Source: Blepharisma stoltei ATCC 30299 (lineage: Eukaryota; Protista; Ciliophora). Taken from it: a DNA stretch of 64,000 nt. Of the stretch, positions 21,982 to 33,132 are shown piece after piece. The stretch lies in the NCBI GenBank assembly GCA_965603825.1, contig CBFDEM010000043.1:434001-498000 (forward strand), given 5' to 3'. Under the pieces are notes generated by a model that worked only from the letters and a program-made list of their open reading frames with translations, was not told the origin of the DNA and made no database searches. Positions within the stretch are counted from its first letter, which is position 1; the number at the start of each line of letters is the position of its first letter. The translations under genes and the position numbers were made by a program.

Positions 21982-24087
21982 TTATAATTCCCCAATCTTT
22001 TTAAGGCTTAATTGTTTTCTAGTTTCTAAAGGATGATAATATTTTTCTATGTCTACATCAAATATGAGTCCTTCTTCCTCGAACGTTTCTGAACTAAATC
22101 CGAGCTTCAGAACTTTTTCAATGTCAAGACTTTTTCAATATACCAGGGTGAAAATAATTATTGATAGAATAATAAGGACAATTGAGATTGCAAAATAGGT
22201 AATTGAGTTACTCAAGAAGAGAAAATAGCATGTCATCAATTGGAAAAATAGTGTTGCCACGAGTAGATATCTTGTCATCATTCGTGGAATTCGATCTGCA
22301 GTTGTCGTTTTTACCGTGCAATAAAAACACAACAAGTTATATTTTGCAGTCCAGTACTAAATATATTTTACTCTTGATATAAAAAAAGCAGCGCCCACAA
22401 CCAAAATAATTGGATATGCCACAGAAAATGAAAGGATAATAATAAGCGAGGATATTGAAATCCCATATTCATAAGCCCACCTGAATTCGTATGCCTATAT
22501 AGAATTTACTTCATATGCAAGCATTCTTTCCGTTTCATTCACTGCTGCTCTTTGCCTGAACTTCACCCTAATTAGCTTTGGGATTTGCATAAAATCAGCC
22601 CCATTTTTGAAAAAAGTCATATGGATCATAAAAATTGTAAAAAACTGGGCTTCATAGGCAAAAATATTTGCCTGGGAAGTCTTCCATCTATCGAACTCTC
22701 CTAGAAGAGTATTCGTGATTATTGAGTATACTTGAAATCCAACTAATGGCACAATAAAAGTATAAGTCACCATTACAAGCAAGAATTTAAACAAAGCACT
22801 TACTGTTTCTTCACTTTTATTGCCGAGTTCTTCTTTTTTCACAATATAGTTTACACTGACCCTTACAATAGCAGATTGATATAGCAAAAGTATCAGAGAT
22901 GGCACCAGCTGGCTAATAGCTCCTTGGTAAATAGATTTAGCACCTACAAGATCTAAAAGTTCCACTAGTATTTGTAACAGAGTTGATGGTGTAATTAATA
23001 AAAAGAAGCATATAATAAATGTAATCCACAGCATAAGCCGAGTCACCCATAATTTATGCCTTTTAGTAGTCATATTATGCCAATTGATTTCTCCAGGAGC
23101 AGGAGCTAAATGCAAATTTCATGCACAAGAATTCAATGAGTCTTTTTTCCCTTGGAATTTCTGTACGACATTAAATGCTACTATAGGAGATTTGCATAAA
23201 ACGTAAGCTATTCCTGAAGATTCATTTTTACCATACTCAGTGGCTGCATTTAATCTCAAAGTTAAATCTTTTACGATAGTTTCATAATATTGGATAGCAT
23301 CAATCTTTTCTCCACATAGTTTAGGACTAATTTTGGCATATTCACCTTTTACAAGGTAATAATCTTTGAAATGCTGAAGGCGAGCTTTTGCTTCATCTAA
23401 CTCCAGCTTAATTTTTGCAGCATCTGCTAAATCTGGGACAATGTACACACTTTGTATATCATTTCCATATTGAGATCTTAATAATTCAAATACTTCTTTT
23501 GTTGCTTGAGGCGGCTTTATGTTGCTTGGAATTCCCCATATTTCAAATGTATACTTATTTATTGTATTAACTAATTCAGAAGGTTTTGAGTGAATAGTTG
23601 ATGCATGTCCAATATATGCACTAATGACAACAAACATGAGGATGGTAAATAAAACGAAAAATACCAGAACAACAGCCATTATATCATATTGGTCTAATAT
23701 ATGGGCCATGCTTATATAATTCATGCTTTTATCTATTTCAGATTCGCCGTAATATGCGTAAACTGGGATTAATATCCCACAGCCTAAAACAGCAAAAGCT
23801 ATCATTCCTCCACCTAAAACTAAATGCAGAGCTAAATAGAGCTGCCCTTCAATCCCACTATAATAGCTCATTTCAGAAAAAGGAATTTTCCAAACGTTTT
23901 TAAATAGAACACGCAGAGGGGTGTCTGATTCAGAATAAATAGGAACTTTTATTTCTCTTTCTTCTAATTTAAGATTTATCGGCTTATTTCTATATTTTCG
24001 ATAAATAGAGAACGCACAAAATTCAAGGGAGAATAAAATTATGTCAATCCCAATAGTAAGTATTAGAGCCCAAATTGAGTCATCCAT
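21982..24087 (-). CDS. OSCA/TMEM63/CSC1 mechanosensitive channel family protein (2 tiny introns)
   Basis: GIEGQLYL, SGIAYV, W(TGA)NLHLAPAPGEINWHN, FRWAYEYG, FSVAYPII..G..F...RYWTAKYNLL; introns at 22495-22509 and 22357-22371; ends TAA. Confidence 0.92.
22357..22371 (-). other. 15-nt spliceosomal intron GTAAAATATATTTAG
   Basis: Removal joins FFISR|YWTAKYNLL, matching the conserved TMEM63 segment, and deletes an in-frame TAG. Confidence 0.9.
22495..22509 (-). other. 15-nt spliceosomal intron GTAAATTCTATATAG
   Basis: Removal joins MLAYE|AYEFRWAYEYG and deletes an in-frame TAG. Confidence 0.9.
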
Positions 24088-24347
24088 TATATTATACGTT
24101 ATTTACTATTTAGTAACAAAAAAATCAAACGATTTTTAATTTTTGAGGAAACAAGCTATAATTGATTTTTTATTTTATTTGGCTATATCTATATTTCAGA
24201 TTAATAAATTATTGACTATATAAGTGTTTAAATATATAATAAGGATATTTATAAAAGAATAACAATATATAAGTATCAATTAAAATTTATTTATATTAGC
24301 TTCAATAAATATTACATTAATTTAATGATCAAATCCGAGAAATTAAT

Positions 24348-25928
24348 ATGGGAGATACTGAAAATCAGTTAGAAAATTTACCAATAACTTCCAGCGAAAG
24401 CAGCATAAAAACACTTATAGTGCAAACCATAAAAGAAAATATTGATGAAATACTTTCTAGATCACTTACAATCAGCTGCATTCAAGAAGAGATTGATAGG
24501 CGCTATAAACATAGCAAAAGTGAATTAAATGAATTCATCAGAACCCAGCATAACTACAGCTATGATATTAAGCAAGCTTTAAATAAATCAAAGGCTTGCT
24601 TTGAGGATATCCAGAGGCTTCAAGTTTATATAGACGAAATCAGCGCAGATCTCAAATTTAAAGCTTACCAAATCGATCTTCAAAAACTAGGTGAAGAAAT
24701 TAAATATTTATGCCCCATGTCATATGCCCAACAATTAACAGCTGAAATAAGATCACTAGCCAAAGCTGAAGATCTCATAAAAACCAATGAAGATCTAAAA
24801 AAGTTTGAAATTGAAGCATGAGATACCTTCATTTCTAAAGATGATTTTGGAGAGCAAATGAAAAAGACTAAAGAAGAGTTTTATGAGCTGTTTAGAGGGT
24901 ATGCCAAATCAGAAGATCTTCAAAAATTATTAGAAAATGTCTCCAAACATCAAGAAAGTGTAAGAAAAGAGCTCGATGTCTCTAAAGCAAGAATGAACCA
25001 ATGAGGATCTCTTTTGCAGCAATCTATAAACGATATCGCTGAAGATATCAAAAAAACAGCTACAAAAGAAGACTTGTCAGTGGTAACTGAACAGCTTAAT
25101 ATTAAAGCTTATAAGTCTGACCTAGAAAAACTTGAGCGATCAACACTTCCTAAAATCGAAGAATTTAAAACTTGTATAAAATCTTTTCAGTACCAAATGG
25201 TCGATCATGAAGCAGTTTTGAGCAGATTTGATGAACTGATTCTTGAAAAGGCTTCGAAATATGACTTACAAAAAATAAGCCAAAAAATTTCAGCTGTTAT
25301 AAAGCATGCAAGTGTAGAAGTAAAAGTTGATGATGTCATAACAAAATTAAATATATTAATCGCTGATAAAGGAGAAAAAGAAGAAGTCATAAAGAACATG
25401 CAAGCACAGATAACGAAATTAAAAGAATATTGTGATAAAAGATATAGCGATTCTGGGGATCTGAAAATCATCAAAGAAAAATTGCAGAATTTTGAAAGCG
25501 AGATGTTAAGAAAAATAGATAGAGAAGATACAATAAATCTTGTAAGCGAGAAGGTAGACATAAGCGAAATTAATAGACTGATGGAGTCAATTGAGTCTGT
25601 TCATAAGCAAATAAAGCTTTTAGCTGTACAGTTTGGGACTATGCAAAAGAGATTTATAGATTCGAGCCCATCAGCTGTAGGGAAATTAAAGAAAGACAAT
25701 TTTTATAAAATCACACAAAAATTAGTCGATTATATTGTAGTTTCTAAGCCAACTGCTGATGACCCACCTTTGAATAATCAATTGAAGTCATTCATAAAAC
25801 TTCCTGATAGCAGTAGACTTACCCCAGAACCTCCTAAAAACACGACTCCAAGCACCAGAATGCTAACTCCAAGCTCAAGAATATTAACACCTCACAGGCG
25901 TACATTTAATTCCTTCGAGCAATTATAA
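24348..25928 (+). CDS. Coiled-coil hypothetical protein
   Basis: ORFs 24348 and 25014 are in the same frame, linked by two TGA=W; recurring K(A/V)xxxD(L/I) motifs; ends TAA. Confidence 0.8.
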
Positions 25929-25968
25929 TCAGACATAATTTATTGAATAACTATAATTATTCTATTAT

Positions 25969-26517
25969 TTAATCTCTCTGGCACGATCTTGCCTTAGGTA
26001 TCATTGCTTTCACTTGGTTTTTGACCCCATCCCAATTGCCCTTCACGAATTGAATCTGGCTATCAACTTGTTCTTTTTGTGAGCTATATGCAATAGGTAC
26101 AACAAATGCCAATATTGTTGCTAACCATAAAAATCCTGCTGTAGAAAATAAGCCAGACACAAAAGTTGCGATGAAAAGAGCCAGCAAGACTTGAATGACA
26201 TTTTCGGTGCTCTTCAGACTGTAGATTTTGCCAAAAGTTTTGTGGAATAAGTCATTTCCAAAGGCTATTAAATCTTCTAGTACTTCTCGGGAAACAAACT
26301 CATACTCATCATCGGGAAAGGTTGAAGGGTTTATTGTCTGATAGATAAAAACTACAACTAAGTTTGATAAGCAGATGTAGCTCAAAATCTCGATCAGTGA
26401 GCAATCACCAAACACAATGAGATAAAAAACTAGATTCAAACAGCCAAAGACTAGCCCTGATAATTTTGGCTCTTTCCAAGATAAAATGCTATGGACTTTT
26501 TCCCAGCCTTCTGCCAT
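25969..26517 (-). CDS. Reticulon family protein
   Basis: ILSWKEPKLSGLVFG, two long hydrophobic hairpins, FVVPIAY....QVD. Confidence 0.85.
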   Translation of the reverse strand: MAEGWEKVHSILSWKEPKLSGLVFGCLNLVFYLIVFGDCSLIEILSYICLSNLVVVFIYQTINPSTFPDDEYEFVSREVLEDLIAFGNDLFHKTFGKIYSLKSTENVIQVLLALFIATFVSGLFSTAGFLWLATILAFVVPIAYSSQKEQVDSQIQFVKGNWDGVKNQVKAMIPKARSCQRD

Positions 26518-26660
26518 TTAATTATTTATTGCGTGATGTATTATTATTATTTAGAATTAAGAGGCATTGGGATGAAATTAAGGTGTATGCCAATTATAAA
26601 TATGAATTAAGATATCAAAATTATTGTGAAAACTGATACATATAGACACTTCTGTAGATA

Positions 26661-28622
26661 TTATCCACCAAATCTAAAAATAAATTTTTCTGATTTCGGG
26701 GTTTTCGTTTTTGGTGAAATAGATTCACTCTTATATCGAACGTTAGTCTGGATTTCGTAATTTTTAGGTGTCCCGTTTCTGCTTCGGCTTAGTTGTAAGG
26801 CTTGAAATTCAATATTTTTTGGGGTTACATTTCTGCTCTTGCTAAATGACTGGAATTCAGAATTTTTTGGGGTGCTGCTTCTGCTTGAATTTAGACTTTT
26901 TCCTTTTTTTCCACTTTTGCTGCCTAATGAATATGTAAATATAAATAAGTTCTAATTACAATTTACCTTTTCTGGCTGAAATTCAACTTCTTTCTTTAAA
27001 TTTTTTATGTCATTAAATCCTTTTTCAAAACCAAACACAGTTTCTTCAGTTTCTAGAGTGGATACATTAGGATTTCCAAAGCCTTTTCCTTGCAATCTTT
27101 CGCTCATGATCATTTTTGCCTTAGCCACTTGATTTAGGTTCATAGTTGAAGGGCCTTTTTTAATCCTTGTCAAATGCCTATGCCTTTCAACTATAGCTAT
27201 CGCATTTCTATTAGTTTGAGCATTAGGGTCTTTTGGGCACTCATGAGGGCCATGCCCATATTCCTTGCAGCTCGAGCATCTTTTAAATTTAAATTTTGGT
27301 TCATCGCTATTACCTTCATCTTCCTCACGTGACACATGGTGAGAAGATTGGCAGCCTATAGCATTTATATCTCTTTTGCCACAGCACCAATAGACTTCTC
27401 CACTTCATGTGCTTTGATGCCTTTTACAAGACCAATTAAAATTCTGGCTTTCGTAATAAGGTTTTTGGCAGTTTTTGCAAATTCTTTCGTCAACTTCGAA
27501 TTTTTTGCCTAGTTTTCTTTCGTCTAAGCGGGCTCTTTCATAGGTCTCTGTGAGTTCTTTGTATTGATTTTCAAGCTTTTCTAGAGATTCTTTGAAGTTT
27601 CTACGATCAGATATTGCTTGAATAAGATTTTTGTTGAGGTTATCAAGTTTGGTTTTTATTGAGTTTTTAAGCTGTTTTAGCTCTGATCTTAGTGAGATTC
27701 TCTTCTTTGCATTGATTCCATTGTATTTAAAATGCTCATCATTTTCTTTTAATACTTCCTTAAGATCATTTGTGTATTGATCTGATATTTGACTGATCCT
27801 GTATGTGTATCTGCTCGAATTTTTTATTTCATTTTTTAATATTTCTTCAAGATCAGTCGGAAAAACGACACTTTTACAGGACTGATGCAATCCTTTTAAG
27901 CTCTCGCCCATAATATCATTTTTCATTTTATATATCGCATACCCATGTGTTAATTCTATTGCATTTTGTTTTAACATCTCATTAAATGAAATTTCTTTAT
28001 AAAGTTCTCTAGTTAACTCACATTTTTTCCCTTCAATTTCTTTTAAACTATTAATTTGCTCATTTATTTCTCTATTCAAATGCAGCCCTTGAATTTCAAT
28101 CTGTTTTCTATTGCTTTCTTCAGCATTTAATTGGAAATTCATACAGTTTAATTCAAGTTGTGCCTTTCACAATTTTTGTTGTGTTTCTATAAGCTCTTGT
28201 GCAGCTTCATCTTTTCTTGTGTTTGTTTGGTCTAGTCTTGATAAAAGGATTTGTATTTCATGATATACGAGCTCTAACTCTCCTTTTAAAATAGAACTGA
28301 GAGAATTTTTAAAGATTTCTCCTGATTTTGAGACTCCATAGGTAGTAGCCCTTAACTTAGTCTGAATGTCTCTAAATTCATCTTGGAACATTGGCAAAAA
28401 ATAAAGTTTAATTACTTGTGATGCTAGTTCTGGTGATAAATTTAAATTAGGATTCGAGTTCCTTCCTTTGAGTTTTGACAAATATTTTAGCTTCTTAGGC
28501 ATTGAGGAATTGAATGAAGAATAGCTATGAACAGTTGAAAGTGATTGATTCCTTGAGTGGCTTCCAGCCGATCGTGGATGAATTTTGGGGCTTAATGATT
28601 TCGGAGAAAGTAACCATTCCAT
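26661..28622 (-). CDS. Coiled-coil protein with Cys/His zinc motif (Btk-motif-like), CCHC knuckle and TPK-repeat tail (1 tiny intron)
   Basis: Three track ORFs join via TGA=W (28167, 27405): CKNC...NFNWSCKRHQSTWSGEVYWCCGK..AIGC...HH and CSSCKEYGHGPHEC. An intron at 26952-26966 opens a further 96-codon exon ending TAA at 26661. Confidence 0.75.
26952..26966 (-). other. 15-nt spliceosomal intron GTAAATTGTAATTAG
   Basis: Matches the consensus of the other seven introns; removal continues the frame into a repeat-containing exon. Confidence 0.7.
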
Positions 28623-28658
28623 CTTCAATATAACTTATATTTCTAAATAAAGAATTAA

Positions 28659-29219
28659 CTATAATGGGATATCATTTTTGTCTATTGGCAAATTCACAGT
28701 TAGCAGGTCTTTGTTTGTTTCCCATTTTGCACTCCCTTGCTTGTCTAAAACAGCATGTGGAAGCGGCAATGTTAATTTGTAATTAGGTGCTTGAAGTCTG
28801 ACTGTCTGAGGATCCACATCTAAGCCAATATCTTTGAATCTGGTATTGGGGAGTTTTATTTTTAAAATTAAATCTTGGCATTGCCGAGAAGAAGTATCTA
28901 AATCGCTGAGCCCAAGGTAAACGTCTTCGGTGCCTACTCTTTGTTGATAAAGGATTTCGTATTCAGGCTCAGGTCTGTCGTCACTTTTTTCAGCTTGCAC
29001 ATTATTTACTTCTTCAGCTTGCCAGATGTCATTTTTGGAAGGTCTATTCACTTTGGCTTCGATTTTTGCATTGGGAGGAGCCATTTCTTTTTGGCCGCCT
29101 CCAATGACGCCGGGATTTAATGCGCTTCCTGATGAAAAGTTAGAGTATGGGCTTTGCTCGTCTTCGTCACCGCATAAAAGGTCTTTGAGAGCTTCAATAT
29201 TGCTAGGATTAAAATCCAT
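28659..29219 (-). CDS. DNAAF6: Dynein axonemal assembly factor 6 (PIH1D3/Twister)
   Basis: DIWQAEEV, DRPEPEYEILYQQRVGTEDVYLGL, CQDLILKIKLP, LPLPHAV....SAKW CS-like domain. Confidence 0.9.
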   Translation of the reverse strand: MDFNPSNIEALKDLLCGDEDEQSPYSNFSSGSALNPGVIGGGQKEMAPPNAKIEAKVNRPSKNDIWQAEEVNNVQAEKSDDRPEPEYEILYQQRVGTEDVYLGLSDLDTSSRQCQDLILKIKLPNTRFKDIGLDVDPQTVRLQAPNYKLTLPLPHAVLDKQGSAKWETNKDLLTVNLPIDKNDIPL

Positions 29220-29423
29220 TTTGCAAATTTAAATATTTTATCTTAATGAGTAATGCTTATTGTAATCTTTATTTGATGCATAACGTCTCTTTCTTTAATA
29301 ATAATCCCGCTAAAAATGCATAAATTAAAAAGAATTAAAAATAATTTATATCAAAATAAATCCAGAAAATTCTTAATAATAAAACGATTTACAGTCAACT
29401 TAAAATTTTACTAATTTACAGCC

Positions 29424-30116
29424 TTAATTTTTTGGTAGAACCCTAGCTGACTTTGATCCAGCTTTTCTCGATGAACTTTTTAAGTCCAACTGACTGCCAT
29501 ACGCTTTCATTATTTTTTCTCCTTTAGCTTTTTTATTAGGATCATCCGTCATAACTGCTTCCATCAGCATTTTTCTCCTATAGCTGCTTACAACAAGTTT
29601 AAAGGGTAAATTTTTAGCATCTTCTGTTAAAGTTCCTTTAGTCATTTGTTTAAAAAAATCTGCCATTGGAGAACTCCCATCTCCACCCTTTAAAATCGCT
29701 AAAAATTCATCAAATTCGATTTGGCCTGATTTATCCGTATCAACTGCATCAAAAAGTTCTTTAACTTGTTGCCTATTTTCTGCGAGCCCAAGTGCTATTA
29801 AAGGCTCCATTAGCTCGTCAATTCCAATGCTACCCCTTCCATCCTGGTCCATTGAGAGAAAATATTTTCTAAGCTCATTTCGAATAGAATCTTCAAAATC
29901 AATATATTGGCGTTTTCCTCTTTTTCTAAGCCATGTACGTTCTTGGCTACTAAGGACTTTTGCTTTGCTGTCTTTGTATGCTTTAATTCTGAGAAGTTTT
30001 GTCCGCATCAGCTCTTTTGCAGCTAAGTCAAGCTGATTTTCATCAGTAAGTTCATGGCTCATATAGGTATCGTAAACTCCACTGGATTTTGAATTTTCAC
30101 CTTCTTCTGTTTCCAT
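29424..30116 (-). CDS. EF-hand calcium-binding protein
   Basis: EF-hand pair DQDGRGSIGIDE and DTDKSGQIEFDE. Confidence 0.9.
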   Translation of the reverse strand: METEEGENSKSSGVYDTYMSHELTDENQLDLAAKELMRTKLLRIKAYKDSKAKVLSSQERTWLRKRGKRQYIDFEDSIRNELRKYFLSMDQDGRGSIGIDELMEPLIALGLAENRQQVKELFDAVDTDKSGQIEFDEFLAILKGGDGSSPMADFFKQMTKGTLTEDAKNLPFKLVVSSYRRKMLMEAVMTDDPNKKAKGEKIMKAYGSQLDLKSSSRKAGSKSARVLPKN

Positions 30117-30349
30117 TTATAACATTTCGAGATTTAGAGATTTACAATAATAGTCATATCGGACGGTTTAATTCAAAAATAAAAATTATTTATCTAATAA
30201 TATTTAATTTTATGACTTGTTTTTTGAATTTTTTTATTAATTTCTGATTAGATATTCAAGGCATACTATTTCCACTCTATTAAATAGGATTATTCCAATT
30301 GTTATATAATCTTCAATAAAACATATTGAATTCAACTAAAAATTAATGA

Positions 30350-31951
30350 TTAATCTATTTCTCTTGTATCTTTGTGTAATGGCCTTCTATAGTAATGGAA
30401 ATCATTGAATTTCTTCCAAACCCCCCAAAAATTTTTATCAAGAGGCACCCCATCATCTTTATAAGAACACTGCAAAAAATATAAATACTTCTCATTCTCC
30501 ATCACCCCATCTGCATACTTATACTGTTTGAATGCAAACTCATCTCCTTCTTCAAAGAAAATTGGCTCTTTTTGTAAAATTCCATTTAAATATGGAAACA
30601 ATTTTCTTTTAAACTGTAGCGCAAACACGTTTGGATGATAAATGTTATAATAATCATAAATATCTTCAATCCCCTCAGGAATCGTTCTTTTCTCCTGCCA
30701 TTCCTCATAATGTGTCATTCTTTCTACAGTTGTTACCAGCTCCCCAGAAAAATTATGCGCATATAGCCCAATTTTGATCATTTTGTCATCAGGGTACAAT
30801 TTTACAGCATCATCAAGGATATCTTGCAAAATATACAAGCAGATTTTCATGACTTCATCAGCTTTTCCACTGTTTCCGAATACTCTTTTTTCTAATTCGC
30901 TAACTGATATATATTCGAACCCAAAAATTTCTTTTGTGTTGTGATAAGCTATTAAAGCTCCGTCCATTCTTCCAAGCTTGATTTGGAATAAATACTTTAG
31001 GATAATAGACCTTAATAAGTCAAAATATTCTCTTTCATAGGAATTTACGTACCCGCTCCTGGAGTTTATCAGGTAATCTGTATATAAATTGTAGTTTTCG
31101 ACGTCATATCTGATTGGAGCTGATGCTCTGGTTTTAATTTCAAACACAAAAGGGTTTCCTTGCTCATCTATTGACTCTGTATCTATTTGAGATCTTATAA
31201 GAATATTTCCAAACTGTCTAAAACGATAGGATCGGCTCACATCTTTTAAGGCGTTTTTGTCTTCTTCAGAAAGTGTAGCTTTTGGATCAAAAACTTTAGT
31301 AAATAAATTTTTTTCCGTAGTAAACATTGTTTCCATAATAACACCACCTATGGTCAAAATCCAATTGCTTGCAGGCAGAGGTCCTTTATCTGAATCAATT
31401 GCATACTGGTTATCGCTCAGCTTTCTAAGCATAATAGATATAGGCTTTTTGTAAGCTGACATATAGTTCATGTTTTTATCACTAAATGATTTTCCAAGTC
31501 CTATAAAATTCGGTGATTTAAAATTTGTGAGGACCCAAAAAATGTGTGACAAAGCTTCAGTTACATTAGAAGACCCAGCTATATATTTCAAGCCTATATC
31601 TTGAGCTTTTTTTAGCAGAATTTTGTCCTTGGATGGAGGGCTGTAGGTAGGAAGCCTTTCTAAAACTTTAGGTGCTATTTCTGGGAGATTTTTGATAAAC
31701 TGATCTCCATTATTCAGCTTAATAATTTCATCTATTTGGTAAATCCCTTCAGTCCTCACAATTTTATTAAGCCCATGGCAAAGCTGTGGAGGCCTCTGGT
31801 AATCAGTATCCTGCACACTTGTCTCAAATTTAGACACATCCACAAAGCCATTGTTGTTATATCCTTTAGTTATTGGATTCAAAATATTAAAATTCCATTG
31901 TTCATAGGCTTTGCCAAAAGCTCTTTTTGTTTGATGTCTCAAGCTAAACAT
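30350..31951 (-). CDS. PET127: Mitochondrial 5'-3' exoribonuclease PET127
   Basis: Mitochondrial-targeting-like N-terminus; IRSQID, VFEIKTRA..PIRYD, SYEREYFDLLRS, FQIKLGRMDGALIAYHNTKEIFGFEYI. Confidence 0.9.
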   Translation of the reverse strand: MFSLRHQTKRAFGKAYEQWNFNILNPITKGYNNNGFVDVSKFETSVQDTDYQRPPQLCHGLNKIVRTEGIYQIDEIIKLNNGDQFIKNLPEIAPKVLERLPTYSPPSKDKILLKKAQDIGLKYIAGSSNVTEALSHIFWVLTNFKSPNFIGLGKSFSDKNMNYMSAYKKPISIMLRKLSDNQYAIDSDKGPLPASNWILTIGGVIMETMFTTEKNLFTKVFDPKATLSEEDKNALKDVSRSYRFRQFGNILIRSQIDTESIDEQGNPFVFEIKTRASAPIRYDVENYNLYTDYLINSRSGYVNSYEREYFDLLRSIILKYLFQIKLGRMDGALIAYHNTKEIFGFEYISVSELEKRVFGNSGKADEVMKICLYILQDILDDAVKLYPDDKMIKIGLYAHNFSGELVTTVERMTHYEEWQEKRTIPEGIEDIYDYYNIYHPNVFALQFKRKLFPYLNGILQKEPIFFEEGDEFAFKQYKYADGVMENEKYLYFLQCSYKDDGVPLDKNFWGVWKKFNDFHYYRRPLHKDTREID

Positions 31952-31965
31952 CTTTTATTACATTA

Positions 31966-32592
31966 ATGGCAAAATATGTGAAATCAGCGGACACTACAAG
32001 TGCGCTTGAGAGGAAACTTGAAAAAATCGAGCATTTGCTGCATTTGTCAGACGAAATGAATAAATTAAGACAAGAGCAAGAAGAATCCAAATTTAAGGAA
32101 ATTAATAGGAGGATTGAAGATTTCGATAAAAGACTGAGGAGGGTAGAGGAATATATAAGCCATTCTTTAATTGATGTAGAACATAAGGTAGAAGACCATG
32201 AAATACAATTGGGACAGGTCCAAGAATTTGTAGGGATGAAGGCTGATTTAGAAGATTTAAAGTTCAATTTTTATACTGATGATAGGCTTATTGGACTTGA
32301 AAAAGAAATCAGCAGTAAGATGATGAAAATGTGTGAGACCATGGAAGAAATTGCAGGAAACTTGAATAATTCAGAAAAGGAGGTCGAAAATTTAAAGAGG
32401 GAAATTGATATGATAAGGAATGAACCTGGAAAAGAAAATCTGTCATTGAGAATGAATAATTTAAAAGACCAGGTTGAAGAGCTTTGGAAAAGACAAAATG
32501 TGATTTTTCAGCATATTCATGGAGAGCTTATGTATTCCGAAGAAAATTTAGAGGAGGAAGAAGAAGTGTTTTTAAGCAAATTGAAAACTTAG
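31966..32592 (+). CDS. Coiled-coil hypothetical protein
   Basis: 208-aa Glu/Lys-rich heptad ORF; ends TAG. Confidence 0.75.
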   Translation: MAKYVKSADTTSALERKLEKIEHLLHLSDEMNKLRQEQEESKFKEINRRIEDFDKRLRRVEEYISHSLIDVEHKVEDHEIQLGQVQEFVGMKADLEDLKFNFYTDDRLIGLEKEISSKMMKMCETMEEIAGNLNNSEKEVENLKREIDMIRNEPGKENLSLRMNNLKDQVEELWKRQNVIFQHIHGELMYSEENLEEEEEVFLSKLKT

Positions 32593-33132
32593 GAGAATAT
32601 TTGGTGATATAAAATATTAATTCTAATAAAATTTCTATAAATAAATATTTTGGTGATTAGTTTTAGTATTGAATAAATCAATATTTTAAAAATGCTTAAA
32701 TCTGCAAAGAGAAATATGGAATATATGACGAATTAACAACAAATATGATACAAATTTAGAGAAACTGATAAAAGCGCTTTAGTTTTAAATAAACCTCGAT
32801 TATTCAATTTGTGATTGCCTTTAATATTAAAGCCCAAAAATAGCTTTTAGCATTGGAGACTAAAATATCCTATTTCGTTCACCTAAATCCATTATAAAAT
32901 GAGCTCCTCTTCCTTAAATCTCTCAATCCTGCCAAACTCACTCAAATTCTCCAAGCAGCTTTGCTTTTATATGATCATACTTTTAATTTAATCCCCTAAT
33001 TACTTCTCCTTTATTAATTTCCTGCTTAAAAATATTTTTATTTCAAAATTAAGCTCAAATAATTATTAGACTAATTGTTGTTGAAAATATATATGGCTAT
33101 AAGTCCTATTATCTGACGACCATTATAATAAA

